A DNA stretch of 64,000 nucleotides from the NCBI RefSeq assembly GCF_009914755.1, contig NC_060944.1. The stretch is one strand, 5' to 3'. Position 1 is the first letter of the stretch. Each line of letters starts with the position of its first letter. The position numbers were made by a program, and so were the translations under genes. The DNA comes from the human T2T-CHM13v2.0 reference genome, Homo sapiens. Under the pieces are notes generated by a model. That model worked only from the letters and a program-made list of their open reading frames with translations. It did not search any database and was not told the origin of the DNA. Below are positions 13,020-27,937 of the stretch, piece after piece.

Positions 13020-13416
13020 ATCTTCCAGACAAGTTTGACAACGACAAGAGCTTTTCAATTATCAATACCTTCATTTCTCTGCCAGTGGTTTTTTCTTGCT
13101 CCTGGGCCTGAGTCACAACCCACACAGCAGACTGGAGGCATTAGGGATGTTGAAGTGTAAATACCCCAGCTCCCTCACCGCTAGGTAGACTAACTCTGAG
13201 ATAAATTCTGCCTAAGTTCCCAGAATTTTCCAGCAGGGTTAAGCTTCAGTTGCCCCGACTGTAGCTGTCTTGGTATTATGCCCTTTGTTCAATGCCTTCC
13301 CTCCTTTGCCTCACTTTCCTACTCCTCTAGCAGTATTCCCTTCACCTTCCCTATTAACTACTTGCACTGAAATCATAGGCTCACAGCCTGCTTCTAGGAG
13401 AACCCAACCTGAGACA
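13020..13416 (+). mobile_element. ERVL LTR16-family solo LTR (5' boundary uncertain)
   Basis: 3' end ...aactacttgcactgaaatc...ctgcttctaggagaacccaacctgagaca. Confidence 0.6.
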
Positions 13417-13802
13417 AAGTACCACTGAGTTGCTTCCTTCCCGTATGACTATTTTTGTTGACCCAGCTTAGCCCAGTATTTCTCTAACTCACCTCTAAGA
13501 TTCTGAAGCTGGCTTCCCCTGTGCCTGAGGTCTTTTCTCTTGGCCTAATATCCTGGCTAGATTTTGGCAGTTCCCCACTCTAGGGGCAATGTCTTTTCAG
13601 CCTGCACCTCTGACTCCTAGCTGGATGGATGACTTCAGGATACACAATAGAATCATTCCTGTGACTTATCTGCCCACAGTCCCAAATTCAGTTGCAAACT
13701 TCTCCTGAAAGGCTGTTTTTGAATAATGACAGTGACTGGACTCACCTTGCTCTTCTGCATACTATTAATTCCCCTGCCAGTCAATCTCCCTTTTTTTGGT
13801 CA

Positions 13803-14219
<417 letters not shown>

Positions 14220-15167
14220 TTATATATTATACTAGAAGAATCTAGGCACACTATTTAAAAATTATTTTTAACAATCATGACTTCCTTTAATAGAAAACTA
14301 TGATTTTTTACACTTTAGAGTATTTTAGCTAACACAGCTGGTTATGTAGCTTAGGTGGCATATATTGTCATAAAGATATGAACATTCCTATCCCATATAA
14401 CTCAATTCAAGCTATTAACAAGGCTTTCTCAATAAGGATTGAATAGTTAGTCCTATAGTTTCACGGACTCAGATGGCCATTTAAGATCATAGAAAATTTC
14501 ATTGAGTCATATGGATGCCCATCTAGTCATTGGGCTTTGGTGGGGATTTTAGCTGAAATGCCTGGTCTTTCTTTTTATTTAAATCAAACCACTTAGGATT
14601 GTACATTATATCATAGTCCTTGGTCTTCTATGGTCACCCTAATTTGAATAAAGCTAACCGCTGGTCAATAAACACATCTTTACCATGGAGACCTATTTCA
14701 TTACATACAAATGATTAAATGATAATAAATTCCAAGCTTTTAAATAATATTGTTAATAAGAAAAAGTCCAGTCTGTCTATCCCATAGCAAGACCGGGAAA
14801 AGAAAAAGAAAAACATCTGTATGTGTATGTAGTCTGCATGGCACCCCACCCCCATCCCAAACAAGCTCCAGTGTTTCAGCAGGGGTGGGGTGAAAGGGTG
14901 AAATGGATAGGAAAAAACAGAAACGTGGATAAAATTATATAAATAACTGTTGTTATTCTTGGATGGTGAAATGCGAATCAACACTTGAATGAATGTTGCC
15001 TTACAGAAATTTCAGTGCACAATGAAGCCTTGTTGTTACTCTGAAACTTTGTTCAAAGCCAGAAGCCAAGAAAAAGTTTTCAGATATCTTGACAGAGACC
15101 CACGATGGAGTGTTTTACCAAAGGCTCCAAAAGAAACCTCCATGAATGCTATTTTTATTCGGATTAT

Positions 15168-15170
<3 letters not shown>

Positions 15171-15212
<42 letters not shown>
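15171..15212. repeat. (AT)n microsatellite
   Basis: Pure AT run of about 21 units. Confidence 0.95.
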
Positions 15213-15214
<2 letters not shown>

Positions 15215-16214
15215 TTAAAGTGGCTTCTGATAACCAAAGTATTCCATTTCATAAGAAAAAAAGGGGTGAGATCAAAATAATAACACTATTACTTAGGGCT
15301 TAATTCTCCAAATCCTGATCTGTTTAATGACGCAAAGGTGAGAAACAAGATTTCTTCTTTGTAAGGTACTCATTATCTCTTGAGTGACACTCAAATATAC
15401 TTTTTAATATAGAAGTTGTTTTAGCTGTTAGTAATTTAGCATCATAAAAATAGTAACAACTGCTAATGTAAGTTAAACATTATTAAATAACCAATAGTAA
15501 CACTAATAATCATGAATATTGAGTAATACATAATATTATTTATTATAAGTATTGATAATGCAACATTAAAGATAAAGCCACATAATTCCGTCTTGGGAAA
15601 CAAAAAAATAACATGACCAGTAGAAGCTACAGCATCAACACAATATGAAAAGAAAGAGATTGAAAGAGGGGCTCATAAATACAGACACTGATACATGGGC
15701 CACCAGCCTTTAATTCTGTGGTTCGGAAAACACTTGTGTTGAGAACACAGCCCTGGTAATTTCTTCCTCAATGTGGCTGCTAGAAGAAGGTTCAGGGAAT
15801 GAATTTTGAGTTCAAATCCCGGTTCAGCCTCTTACTAGTTATGTTACATTGGGAAAATCTTGTATGTTCTAGTATATTTTATCGATTGAGTCAACAATTA
15901 CTTATTAAGCATCTACTACATGCCAGTGTTTTCAATGTTTAAGATATATAAATAAATAAAACAGTTAAGAATCCCTGCCCATGGTAAGCATAATCAATAA
16001 ATTACAAAGTGTAGCAGAACATAAGCACTATACAAAGCCAAGAAAAAAGTAGAGCAGATTAAGAGAGATGTGAGTTTTCAGAGACTCAAAATGAAACTTT
16101 AAGTATGTATGGTAACCAGCGTTGGCAAAATTGAGAAGCTACCTTGAGAAAGAAATTAGTAGAACTGTGTTTGTGGTTATTTGTTACAACAGCAATAAGA
16201 ATAACATGAAGGTA

Positions 16215-16597
16215 TTATATTACAGTTCCAAATGTCAGAAGTCTAAAATAAGTCTCACTGGACTAAACTCAAGATATCAATAGGGCTGTATTTCTGGAGA
16301 ATCTAGGGGAAGCCCTATTCCCTTGTCTTTTCCAGCTTCTAGATACCCCCTGCTTTCCCTGGTTCCTGACCACATCATTCCAACCTCTACATCTGTCATT
16401 TCATCTCTTTCTCTGACTCTGACACTCTTGCTTCCCTCTTATAAGGACCCTTTTAATTATATCAAGCCTACTGATAAAAACAGGAAAAATCTTCCCATCT
16501 CAAGCCCCTTAAGTTAATCACATCTGCAAAGTCCCTTTTGCCACATAAAGTAACAGGTTCCCGGGATTCACTCATGGACACCTTTAGCCTGCCATAC
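16215..16597 (-). mobile_element. MaLR LTR (MLT1C-like)
   Basis: ttacagttc...cagaagtctaaaat...aatcacatctgcaaagtcccttttgcca. Confidence 0.75.
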
Positions 16598-19500
16598 TTA
16601 TCAATGTGAATGATTTCTTAACCAAAAATTTAAGAGGCTATTGTGCCATTTAAGAGGCTACTGTGCCAAGTCCTCCACTGACCTCTCTCCCCTGCCCCCA
16701 CCCTGTTATCTTGCTCATATTTGCATCTCTACCATCAATTTTTATTGTGGTTTCCCAATATAGACATGTATATCCATTCCTAATGTCAAGACTCAATGGA
16801 AGTGAGGCTATTAGTCATGCGTTGATTCTGCGAATGACTGTTACAGACAGAGGGAACAGCCAGTGCAAAGGCTCCGGGGTTCCAGCATGCCTGGCATATT
16901 GAAAGAACCGCAGGGAAGCCAGAGTGCAAGAGTGGGTGAGGATGTGAGTGCTACGCAGTGAGGCAGAGGTCATGGAGACCTATTCACATTGAGTCTACTT
17001 TAAAGCAGGCCACTTTAATCATGAGAGACCTGAGAAGACAGTGGCAGGCTGATCTGTTTTAGTGTGATATATTCTGGCTGCTGCGATCAATAAATCATTT
17101 CTGGGCTTAAGAAAACATGTCACTGGCAAATCATAGAAAGGATAAGTGTCATGATTTACCTTGATCTTAGTCAATGATCAGAAATTACTTTTCTTCTCTT
17201 TAAACTGCCTTGGCACTGCACTGAAGGGCCAAATCTTAATTCAGGGTAAATGAACCATCTCCATGGGGATATGGAGAAAGAAAAAGTTCCTGCCCCAAAG
17301 CCTCAGGAATCAGTCTACTGAACTGGCTTCATTCCTTGCTTCTTCCAAGAGCAGATGAGAAGTCTCCTTACTCCCTCTCAGTTTCAGGAACCCCCTTGCC
17401 ATTAATAATGTATACACATACATGTGTTTTGCATATGGACCAAGCAGAGACTACCAAACCTCTGAACTCTTGCTGGGCCCAGATGCCAAGAGACGGGACC
17501 CTCCCCCACACTTGGGCAGAGGAAGTAACAAGGGCTGGAAGGAGCCATGCTTTACAGGCTCATTCTCCTCTGGATTTCCTGCCTCCCTTGCCTGCCAAAC
17601 TTCACTTATGAAAAGCCAGGCTTCACTTTCTATGAGTCAGGTCAGTTGCAGAAAGAAACCGATTTCATATCAGGCTATAACAGATGAGCTTTTGGGGTGT
17701 ATTTGGCCTCAGGCGGAAGCCTGGACCTCCCGTTAGCATGCTCTGCCTTTAAGAGCTGAATGTGGGCCACTGAGGAACTGACCAGAAGGCACTGGCCTAC
17801 TCCGAAGTCCACTAGGACAAACAACACCAATGTGCACTCTGAGGGGCTGGGGTACACCCAGCTGCGGGGTGTTTCCCGTGTTCCCTATAACCTGGATGTG
17901 TTGCTCATTATTTGATCATCTTCAGACCGGAGATGTGACAAGCTAGGAAGCCGCAGCCAGTTCTATGCACACCGACAGCTGAAAAGAGTCTTTGTTTCAT
18001 GGCCCGTCACATCATCTGGGAAGGAGCCCAGGAGCAAAAGAAAAGGGGGGAAAGCAAATCAACCTTCCTGCCACTCACTGAGTAGCCCCAGCAGTGAAGA
18101 AGCAAGAGGTACCTGCCAGAATTAACAACTGTGTCATCTGCACCCCATCTAAGTAGATGCCTCTGTGAAACATATTTTGGTATCCAGAACAAGAAAGTAT
18201 GTCTTAAGTTAAAAACAAAACAAAAAACCCTACTGTACTTACTATTGTTGTTACTATTGTTAGTAGTAGTAGTGTTAAGAGATGGAGGAAAAGGAAGAAC
18301 AAATTCCTTTTCAAATAGCCAAGGGGAAATAATGAGAAATGTTTCCTCTAAGAAGCCTCGATAGTGGGAAACTATTTAGAAAGTCTTTAAAAAAAAAAAA
18401 AGTAGTCAAAATAGAGAAATAATGTAAATACGGGATTCATATTGGGGGAATTTGAATCCATCAGCTTTCTGACGAATTTGGCAAGGAGTAAGACTATGTC
18501 AGAGGCTTTTGTTTTTGTTCTCTTTAAACACAGGTTGTTTAGGTAACCCTGAGTCTGGGATATGTGGAACAGTTTTATTGGCCAGTTTGGCAGGGAGAGC
18601 ACTTTCTTTTTCTGTCATTGGTCTAATCCTGGTGCCACATACAGAAATGATATCCTAAACCAGCCTGGTAGTAACAGGGAGGTAACATCACACAGCTAAT
18701 TCACACATGGCTCAACAGCAAGATTTTATGCACAGTAGTTTATTCTCACATAGGCACAAACACAGTAAAACTATGTGAAACTTATACAAGACTGCAGCAA
18801 CTTTCGTGGTGAGATTCACTCCACAGTCACTGAAATAGATATGAAATTCCAGGGGAATATTAATTTGATTTTGGATCTTTTCATTTTTTAATATTTTAGA
18901 AGAGTAAACACAGTATGTTTACATGTGGCTTCTTTCGTCTTTTATCTTTTTTCAATTTTGCTAGCCCTAGTTTTTTGTTTTTTTTTTTTTTTCCAAATAC
19001 AATTCAAACATAGAGTAAGCAAGGGCCTCTGTGGCATGAGATCTGGGAACACAGGAAGACATTCCTCATCATCTTACATATTCTGATGGATGCTGTAGGA
19101 GTCCATCATAAAAATGTCCTCCATTAAAACTAAGATTTTGATCCCTTTTAAAATACTTATAGGCCTGAGGTACATTATACATTCATATGAAAAATCCAAG
19201 AGCACATTTTGGTGGAAACTGAAGGAAGGAAAATCTGATGGGGAAAAGAGGTGTATAGCTTAAGGAGGTTTGAGTCTTTCCCAGAGACTTCCACTCAGTT
19301 TCCAGCTTTGACTCAAGATGATTGTAATCCCAAAATACAACCAGGAAAGAGATAATAATTCACAGCTTGTGGACAGGGTGAATGAATGACCTGATGAAAC
19401 CTTTATAGTTCAACATCAGATTATGTGATATATTGTTTTTGCTAAGATGAATGATTTGAGTGAATGAATCAATGAATCTTGACCCATGGATGAACCACAG

Positions 19501-19970
19501 TGAAAGGAATATTGCTGAAAGAAGAAGTAGACAGTGAGGGATCAAAGATGTGGCTTTTTTAAACCTTCATTATTTTCTTTCTTCAATCTTCTTAGCCTTA
19601 GCTGTCCCATGTACCATTAAAAATAAAAGGTAAAGGTGGCTCTTTGACTTTAACAAAGAAATAGGGCACCAGGATGATAATAATAAACTGCTGCTTGGGC
19701 AAAATTCAGTATCTTCCATCTGTATAGCAATTCATACTTCCCAAAGCCAAAGCCCTTAATGCACTCTGGTCTGAAAATTTATTGGACTTTTATAGAGGCC
19801 ATTTCTGTTTCTATTGTGTATCTCAAAAAAAGTGATGTCTACAAAAGGGATGTGATTAGCTGAAGATTAACTAGATGTTTAGCAACGTTGCTATCAGTAG
19901 AACCCAGACCCTAACATTCCCAGTCAAGATCCCTTTCGCCTCAGCTCGGGGCCCACATGATCATGGTTAC

Positions 19971-20226
19971 CTGAGTTGTGGCGGCAGTTTGAATCTGTTA
20001 CGCACATCATCCAGACGGTTGCCCAGGTAAGGTGTGTCCACTGTCACAAATATGGCCTTGTAGCCCATCTTCTCTGCCTGCCGCACTAGCTTCTTGGTGA
20101 CTTCTCGGTCCTTGTAGATATACAGTTGCAGCCAACGAAGTGCCTCAGGACCAGCTTCCGCCACTTCTTCAATTGAGGAGGTGGCCCAGGAACTCAACAT
20201 CATGCCCGTTCCCAGGGACTGACAGG
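19971..20226 (-). CDS. HAO1: HAO1 exon 3 (256 nt, [21 protein letters not shown]...[10 protein letters not shown]...[25 protein letters not shown])
   Basis: Within ORF 19967..20380; acceptor tttctttctcAG, donor AG|GTAACC; FMN-dependent alpha-hydroxy acid oxidase motifs WLQLY and VTVDTP. Confidence 0.98.
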
Positions 20227-20642
20227 CTGAGAAAGAAAGGGGATGATCAAGATGGGCCTGGCATTGCTTACCCTCCCAAACCTTTGAATTGTAGTTGGAT
20301 GAGTAAAGACATCTAGAAGGGCAATTTGGCAATATGAAGTCAAATCTCTTAAAGAGAGAAGAAAGTCTGGCCCATACCATCTATTTCCTGATTCTACCTC
20401 CTCTGATACAAATGGCTACTGGAGTTATTTCTGCTCAGTGTTTATTTTCCAATGATTAGAAATATACATTTCTTTCCACACTTTGTATATTGTTCCTGAA
20501 GAACAAAATAAATCCAATAGTCAAAGGTGTCTGTAAATACGGGCAAAAAATATTAAGAACCTGAACATCCAGCCTTAGGGGATTGGTTAAATTGTAGGTC
20601 ATATATAAAATGAAATGAACACACCCATTAAAATTAATATTA

Positions 20643-20936
<294 letters not shown>

Positions 20937-20947
20937 TAATATTATTA

Positions 20948-21521
20948 TGATAATCAATTTTCTGCATCAATATGCTAAACCATGGTGCCCAGATATTTGG
21001 TGAAACATGTCTGAATGCTGCTATGAAGGTGTTTTTTAGATGAGATTAACATTTTAATTAGTAGACTACAGGTAAAGCAGATTATCCCTCATAATGTGAG
21101 TGGGTCTTATCTAATCAGCTCAAGGCCTTAAAAATAAGTCTGTGAAGGAGAATAAGAAGAAGGGGAAGGAGAAGAAGAAGGGAAAGGGGAAGGAGAAGGG
21201 GAAGAGGAAGGGGAAGTAAGACTGCTAAGAAAAAGAAGAATTCTGCAAGGAGCCTGCCTTCAGACTGGAACTGCAACATCAACATTTCCCTGGTAGCTTG
21301 CCCACCTACTCTGCACATTTGAACTTGCAAGCTTCCACAAACACATGAGCCAATTCCTAAAAATGTCTATCTATGGATAGGTGTTTTAGAGATAAAGATA
21401 GAGATAGAGAGATAGACTTATGTATGTATCTATCTGTATCTATCGAGAGAGAAAAAGATGAGAAATCTCCAAGGGGGAGATCCTATTAATTCTGTTTCTC
21501 TGGAGAACTCTGGGTATTACA
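20948..21521 (+). mobile_element. MLT2 (ERVL) LTR with internal GA-rich expansions
   Basis: gatgagattaacatt...gcagattatccctcataatgtgagtggg...tcctattaattctgtttctctggagaac...taca. Confidence 0.8.
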
Positions 21522-22274
21522 ATTTTAAAATAATATAGACATAGAAAAATGTTTATGATATATAGATATATTAAGGAAAGAAAAAAGTTTACAAAATGAC
21601 ATGTATTACATGATATCAAATTTGTACAATTCTACTTATTGGTAGATGAATCTAAACAAACTACATGCTAATGATGGGTGGGAGAATTATGGGGTTAGTT
21701 TAATTTTTTTCTTCCTTTTTAATTTTAAAATTTTGTCTTTCAAAATTGTATTAAATATATAGTTTACCATTTATGTTGTCTTTTAAAATCTCATAAAATG
21801 TGTGTGCTAGATATCCCAAGTAGACACATCCTTTTGAGCAAGGTAGCAGTTACATTTTGGGGGGAAAGGTAGCAAGAAACGGGCAAATAAATGGAAAATT
21901 AAATAGAGTCATCTAACTAATAGTTTTAGAGGGTACTTGAGAGAACATGAGTGATAGGTAGGCTTTCTTCCAAAAATTGGTAGTAAAATTGGAGTAAAAT
22001 TGGAGTCAGCCTTAGTGGAGGAGAAACTGATATAATGTTTATATGCAATATATAAAACAGTCAAATCTGTTATAAAGTATAAATATATTAGAAGTATAAA
22101 TATATAAAAGTATATTATGTAAAACTCTATTCCTTCAAGTCATTTGACTCATCTGCGTGCCTACCATGCATCAAATGGGTATAAATATACTTGTCCAAAT
22201 GACACTCATAGGATGTTGATAGGAATCCAGTGAGTTGCTGCTTATAAAGCTATAATGAGAGGTTAAAAAGCTTC

Positions 22275-22435
22275 CATGATTCTCAAACTTTAGCAGGACA
22301 ATCCCCTGGAGGGCATGTGAATGAAACACAGATTTCTGGGTCCCACCCACAGAGCTTCTGGTCCAGTAAGTCTGAGATGTGGCCCAAGAGTTTGCATTTC
22401 TAACCAGATTAGGCTGATGCTAGATCACACTTTGA
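22275..22435. mobile_element. MER5A
   Basis: ttctcaaacttt...cagtaagtctgagatgtggcccaagagtttgcatttctaac...cacactttga. Confidence 0.7.
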
Positions 22436-22839
22436 CATTTAAATAGTACCATAGCCATTAGATAGTAAAGGTCTAAGTTCAAATGTAATAAAATGTATTT
22501 TGTTTTTGATAAATGTTAATTTTTCAATGCCTTTGAAGATGTTTTTCATACATGTTCTCCCGGTCAGTGGTTAGCTACAGAAGATCTGAGTTGGAGGTCA
22601 TCATGTCTATAGATCACTAGTCTGTTCTCCCAAAGAGTTCCTTCTATAGGAATTCATGACTGGCAAAATATTGTCTAAAACCCACATTTTATTAAGTAAG
22701 AACACAAATGAACATATAGACCATTGTCTGATTTTCATTAAGATTTGGAAATGTGGAAAATAAATTCAGGTCACTTACTGCTGTTTGAAAGGAACACCAA
22801 GGGACATTGATTGCTTGGATCAAAATCCTCCAACAATCA

Positions 22840-23167
<328 letters not shown>

Positions 23168-25822
23168 GTCCTGAAGAGGATGTTACCTAAGGTCACACAG
23201 AAATGAGCAACAAAGTAGGAGAACTCAGCATGGCTGAGCACTCTCCCAGGGCAATGATCTTTCTAGACTCCCTACATGCCTAAATGACTCCCTGGTACCA
23301 TGCCTAGATAAATGTACTCCCTCAATATTTCAGGGCAGTGACATCCAAGAGAGTAGGTTTGCCATGTGCATGAGAGACACTGCCATGCATTGGGAAGGCA
23401 TGGAATCTTAGAATCCAGTGGGAAGGTCCTCCGTACACTGGAGGTGCAGAGTGTGGATGCACGAAGGGGTCTGGCAGAGAAAATCACTCAGATGATAGGG
23501 CATGTTTTTGTAGTTAATACAAAGACATCATGTAGTCAAGCAGCAGCTCTGCCAATAGGAACATCAAAATCCACAAAAGGATTCCCTTGAACTCATGAGA
23601 AATATCTACAGACACTCCACACAGATTACCAAAATGCTGCAAAACACACATAATTTCTACTTCTCTTAAACCATCTGACTTGCAGGAAATGTAAGCCCTT
23701 CACAAACATTTTACCCAAATCACTTGGGTATGCATATTTAGAGAGAAGCAAGTTTGGTCCATACCATCTATTTCTTGATTCTACCTTGATACAAGTAACT
23801 GCTGGAGTTATTGCTGCTCAGTGATTATTTTCCAATAAGTAAATCATACATGGCTGAAATTTTGAATTGGCATCCCCAAAATTATTCCAAGAGAATGCTC
23901 CTGCATGTAGGAGGAATATCAGAGTCTGTGCTAAGGTATTATCATTTGAAGCTAAAATACTAGTCCTAGGAGAAAACAGGAGCAAAACAGCAGGCTCCCT
24001 TCTCCCCAGAACAAATATGAGTGATCACTCTGATCTCAATCCACTTGTGACTATTTGCTATGACAAAGGAAAATTATTGATGAATTACATTCATTATTTT
24101 TAATACAGTTTTATGTTAGAATGAGCTAAGGGAGCCTGGGAATTTATATGAACCATTCAGAGAGGCAATAAAGAATTTGCCTATTTCTTAAGGACAGATC
24201 TGAGATGAAGTTGGTACATACCAGAATGGCAATTATGTTTGTTAAAATATTAAAATACTTACACTCCAATTGGTAAATAGCCACGGCTCTGAAGTTTATC
24301 ACCCCAGCCCCCGAGTCTCTTCAATATGTCGTTGTGCTTCAATATGTCATCACTTCCTTTTCTCCCCAAGGAATCCCCAGACTTCCTCATAATCCAGCAA
24401 CTTAAACATCAGTGCCGGCAGAGCGGGGGGCATCCACCCTGTTAGAGCGCTAGAGACCAGCAGCTGAGTATCTCTTCCAATTGCTCAAAGTCCTTTGCTA
24501 AATAATTCAAATATTACCTTTGCCTGAGAGACAATGATAAACCCTTTGAGTTCACACTGCTCATTTTGGGGTAATACTTACAAGCTTCAAAATTTTATAA
24601 ATGGCGTAGCATGGTCAGACTTCATCAAAAAGTTCTGACTATCGTTATCCTAGCCTATGGCTTGAAAGCACAAATGTTTTAAGCCCTTTTACTCACCTTA
24701 TCCATTGTCCACAATGAAATTCTGACTCCCTGCTCCCAAAGCAGACACTGTCTCATTGCATTTTGCAAAGGACAGGGGTTGGATTTCATTCTTGCTCCCA
24801 ATGTGTGGCTATGTATTAGACTGTAACGGAAGATTCCAATGATATGTGTTGCAGTTTTAAGATGCCTGGCAAAATGGAGCTCACAGCTGAGGTCATATTA
24901 ACATAAAGGCAAAACCTGGCTCTTGCCTAGAATGAAGTTCCCTAATGTTGATCCAAATCTAAAAATCTTGGCTTTTGTAATAGACGGTATATCCTAAAGA
25001 TGAAATACCTAGGAGCCTACACCATCAAGTAACACTGATCTTGTATGAAATCCCAGGACTCTCTTCTCTTACTCACTGACTCTTTCATTGTCCTTAAGAC
25101 ATATCTTCAAAGATAGACACCTACACTTTTAATGTTACAGATATATTCAGACTTTATTCGTATGTTTGGCATTTCTTTCTCTTCTTTAATTAAACAGTGA
25201 TACACTGTGCCATTGCTATAAGGAAATTGCATATGACACACACACACACACATACAATCACTAAAAGGGACACTGGCCAGGTCTCAGGTATTGAAGCATC
25301 AAAGATAAGGCTACCTATATAAACTGGGAGATAAAACTTTCATTTCAGAACAACAACAGGGTAGAATGGATTGAAAGCCTGTCCTAGAGTCCCAGTCTTG
25401 CCATCCATGAAGTACGTTCTATCTGCACAATTGCTATAGCCACAGCTGTTCTGCCTACTTCATAGCATTGCAAGATCATCTACTGGGGCAATGTTTCTGA
25501 ACGTTTTCTGTGTAATCTCTGAAGCCATGCAATTGTAAAGGGTAAGGTGAGAGGATGCCTAATGCATTTGGAAAAATAAGTTCTGGATAGCTTTGTATGT
25601 ATTTCTAATTTTGCCAAGGACCTGAATTTCTTAATGTCATTATTTGTTAATCTTCTCCACAGCCAGCTTTCCTTTGCAATTATTTTTAATTTATTTATAT
25701 TTATTTTTAATTGGAAAATAGTAATTGCACATGTTTATGGGGTACAAAGTGATGTTTTGATCTATGTATACATTGCAGACAAATTTAGACAAGCTAATGA
25801 CCATATTCATCACCTCACCAAC

Positions 25823-26206
25823 TGATAAGGTTTGGCTTTGTGTCCCCACCCAAATCTTATCTCAAATTTTAATCCCACGCATCAAGGCAGGGAACTGTAA
25901 TCCCCATGTGTTGAGGGAAAGAGGTGATTGGATCATAGGGGTGATTTCCTCCATGCTGTTTTCATGCTAGTGAGTGAGCTCACACGAGATCTGATGGTTT
26001 TATAAGGGACTCTTCCCCCTTCACTTCACACACAGGATCTCTTACCTGCCACCATGTAAGACATACCTGCTTTCCCTTTCACCATGATTGTAAGCTTCCT
26101 GAGGCCTCCCCAGCCATACAGAACTGTGAGCCAGTAAACCTCTTTTCTTTATAAATTACTTAGTCTCGGGCAGTTCCTTATAGCAGTGTGAAAGTGGACT
26201 AATACA
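25823..26206 (+). mobile_element. THE1 (MaLR) solo LTR
   Basis: TG...CA ends, perfect 5-bp target duplication ccaac, 384 bp. Confidence 0.92.
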
Positions 26207-26940
26207 CCAACTTACCATTTTTTTGTAGGGAGAACATTAAATACCTAATCGTTTAGTAATTTTAAGATATACAATACATTACTATTAACTGTGGACACCA
26301 TGCAGTACAATAGATCACTAAAACCTATTACTCCAGTCGCACTGAAACTTTGTACAACTTTGATCAATATGTCACTTTCCTCATTCTTTTCCTTCCTCTC
26401 CCAGCCTCTGGTAGCCACCTTTTTATGATCTGTTTCTGTGAGACCTACCTTTTTAGATTCCACATATAAGTAAGATCATATAGTATCTGTCTATCCATGT
26501 TGTTACAGAATTTCCCACTTTTTAAAGGCTGAATAGTATTCCTTTGTGTACATACACCTCATTCTTTATCCATTCATTTGTCAATGGATACTTAGGTTGA
26601 TGGCATATCATGACTATTATGAATAATGCTATAACGAACATAGAAGTGCAGATATCTCTTCAACATGCTGATTTCAATTCCTCTCAATAAATATCCAGAA
26701 GTAGAATTTCTGGATCATATGGCAATTCTATTTTTAGTTTTTTAAGGAATTGTATGAAACTAAAATGTTTCTGCACAGCAAAGAAAACAATTAACAGAAT
26801 CAAGAGACAACACAGGTATTGGGAGAAAATATTTGTAAAGTGTATATCTAATGAGTGCTAATATCCAAAAAAAAAAAATAAGGAACTCAAACAACTCAAT
26901 AGCCAGAAAACAAATAACCCAATTAAAAAATAGGCAAAGG

Positions 26941-27937
26941 ACAGCAAGAGAAACAATCAAAGGAGTAAACAGGCAACCTACAAAATTGGAGAAAATATTT
27001 GCATACTATGCATCCAACAAAGGTCTAATATCCAGAATCTTTAAGAAACTTAAACAAATCAACATGACAAAACAGATAACACCATTAAAAAGTGGGCAAA
27101 GGACATTTGCAGATACTTCTCAAACAAAGGCATAAAAGAGGCTGATAAATATATGAAAATGATGCTCATCATCTCTAATCATCAAAGAAATGCAAATCAA
27201 AACCACAATGATATACCATCTCATACCAGTCAGAATTACTTTTGTTAAAAAGTCAAAAAATACTATGTTGGTGAGTCTGTGGAGAAAAGAGAAGGCTGAT
27301 ACACTGCTGTAGGGAATGTAAATTAAATAAGCCACTATAGAGAGCAGTTTGGAGATTTCTCAAAGACCTGAGAGTTTTTCTACCATTCGATCCAGCAATC
27401 CCACTAACTGGGTATATTCCCAAAGGACAATAAATCATTCTACCAAAGAGACACGTGCACCTGCATGTTCATCACAGCACTATTCACAATAGCAAAGACA
27501 TGGAATCAATCCAGGTGCCCACCAATGGTGGATTGAATTTTTAAAATGTGGTACATATCCACCATGGAATACTATGTAGCCATAAAAAATAACAAAATAA
27601 TGTCCTTTGCACCAACATGGATGCAGCTGGAAATCAATAACCTAAGTGAATTAATGTAGTAACCAAAAACCAAATACCACATGTTGTCACTTATAAATGG
27701 AAGCTGAATATTGGATACACATGGTCAAAAAAATGGTAACAATAGATGCTGGGGAATACAACAGTGGGGTTGGGAGGGGGAAAAGGGCTGAAAAAAACTA
27801 CCTGTTTGGAATTGTGGTCACTACCTAGGTGATGGATTCATTTGCACTCCAAACCTCAGCATCATGCAATATACCTTTGTAACAAACCTGCACATGGCTC
27901 CCTGATTCTAAAATAAAAGTTGAAAAAAGAAAAAAAA
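26941..27937 (+). mobile_element. 5'-truncated L1PA15-16/L1PB nested in the older L1
   Basis: ORF2 C-terminus, 3'UTR and poly-A; target duplication aaaaaat(a/t)ggcaaagg on both sides. Confidence 0.85.
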
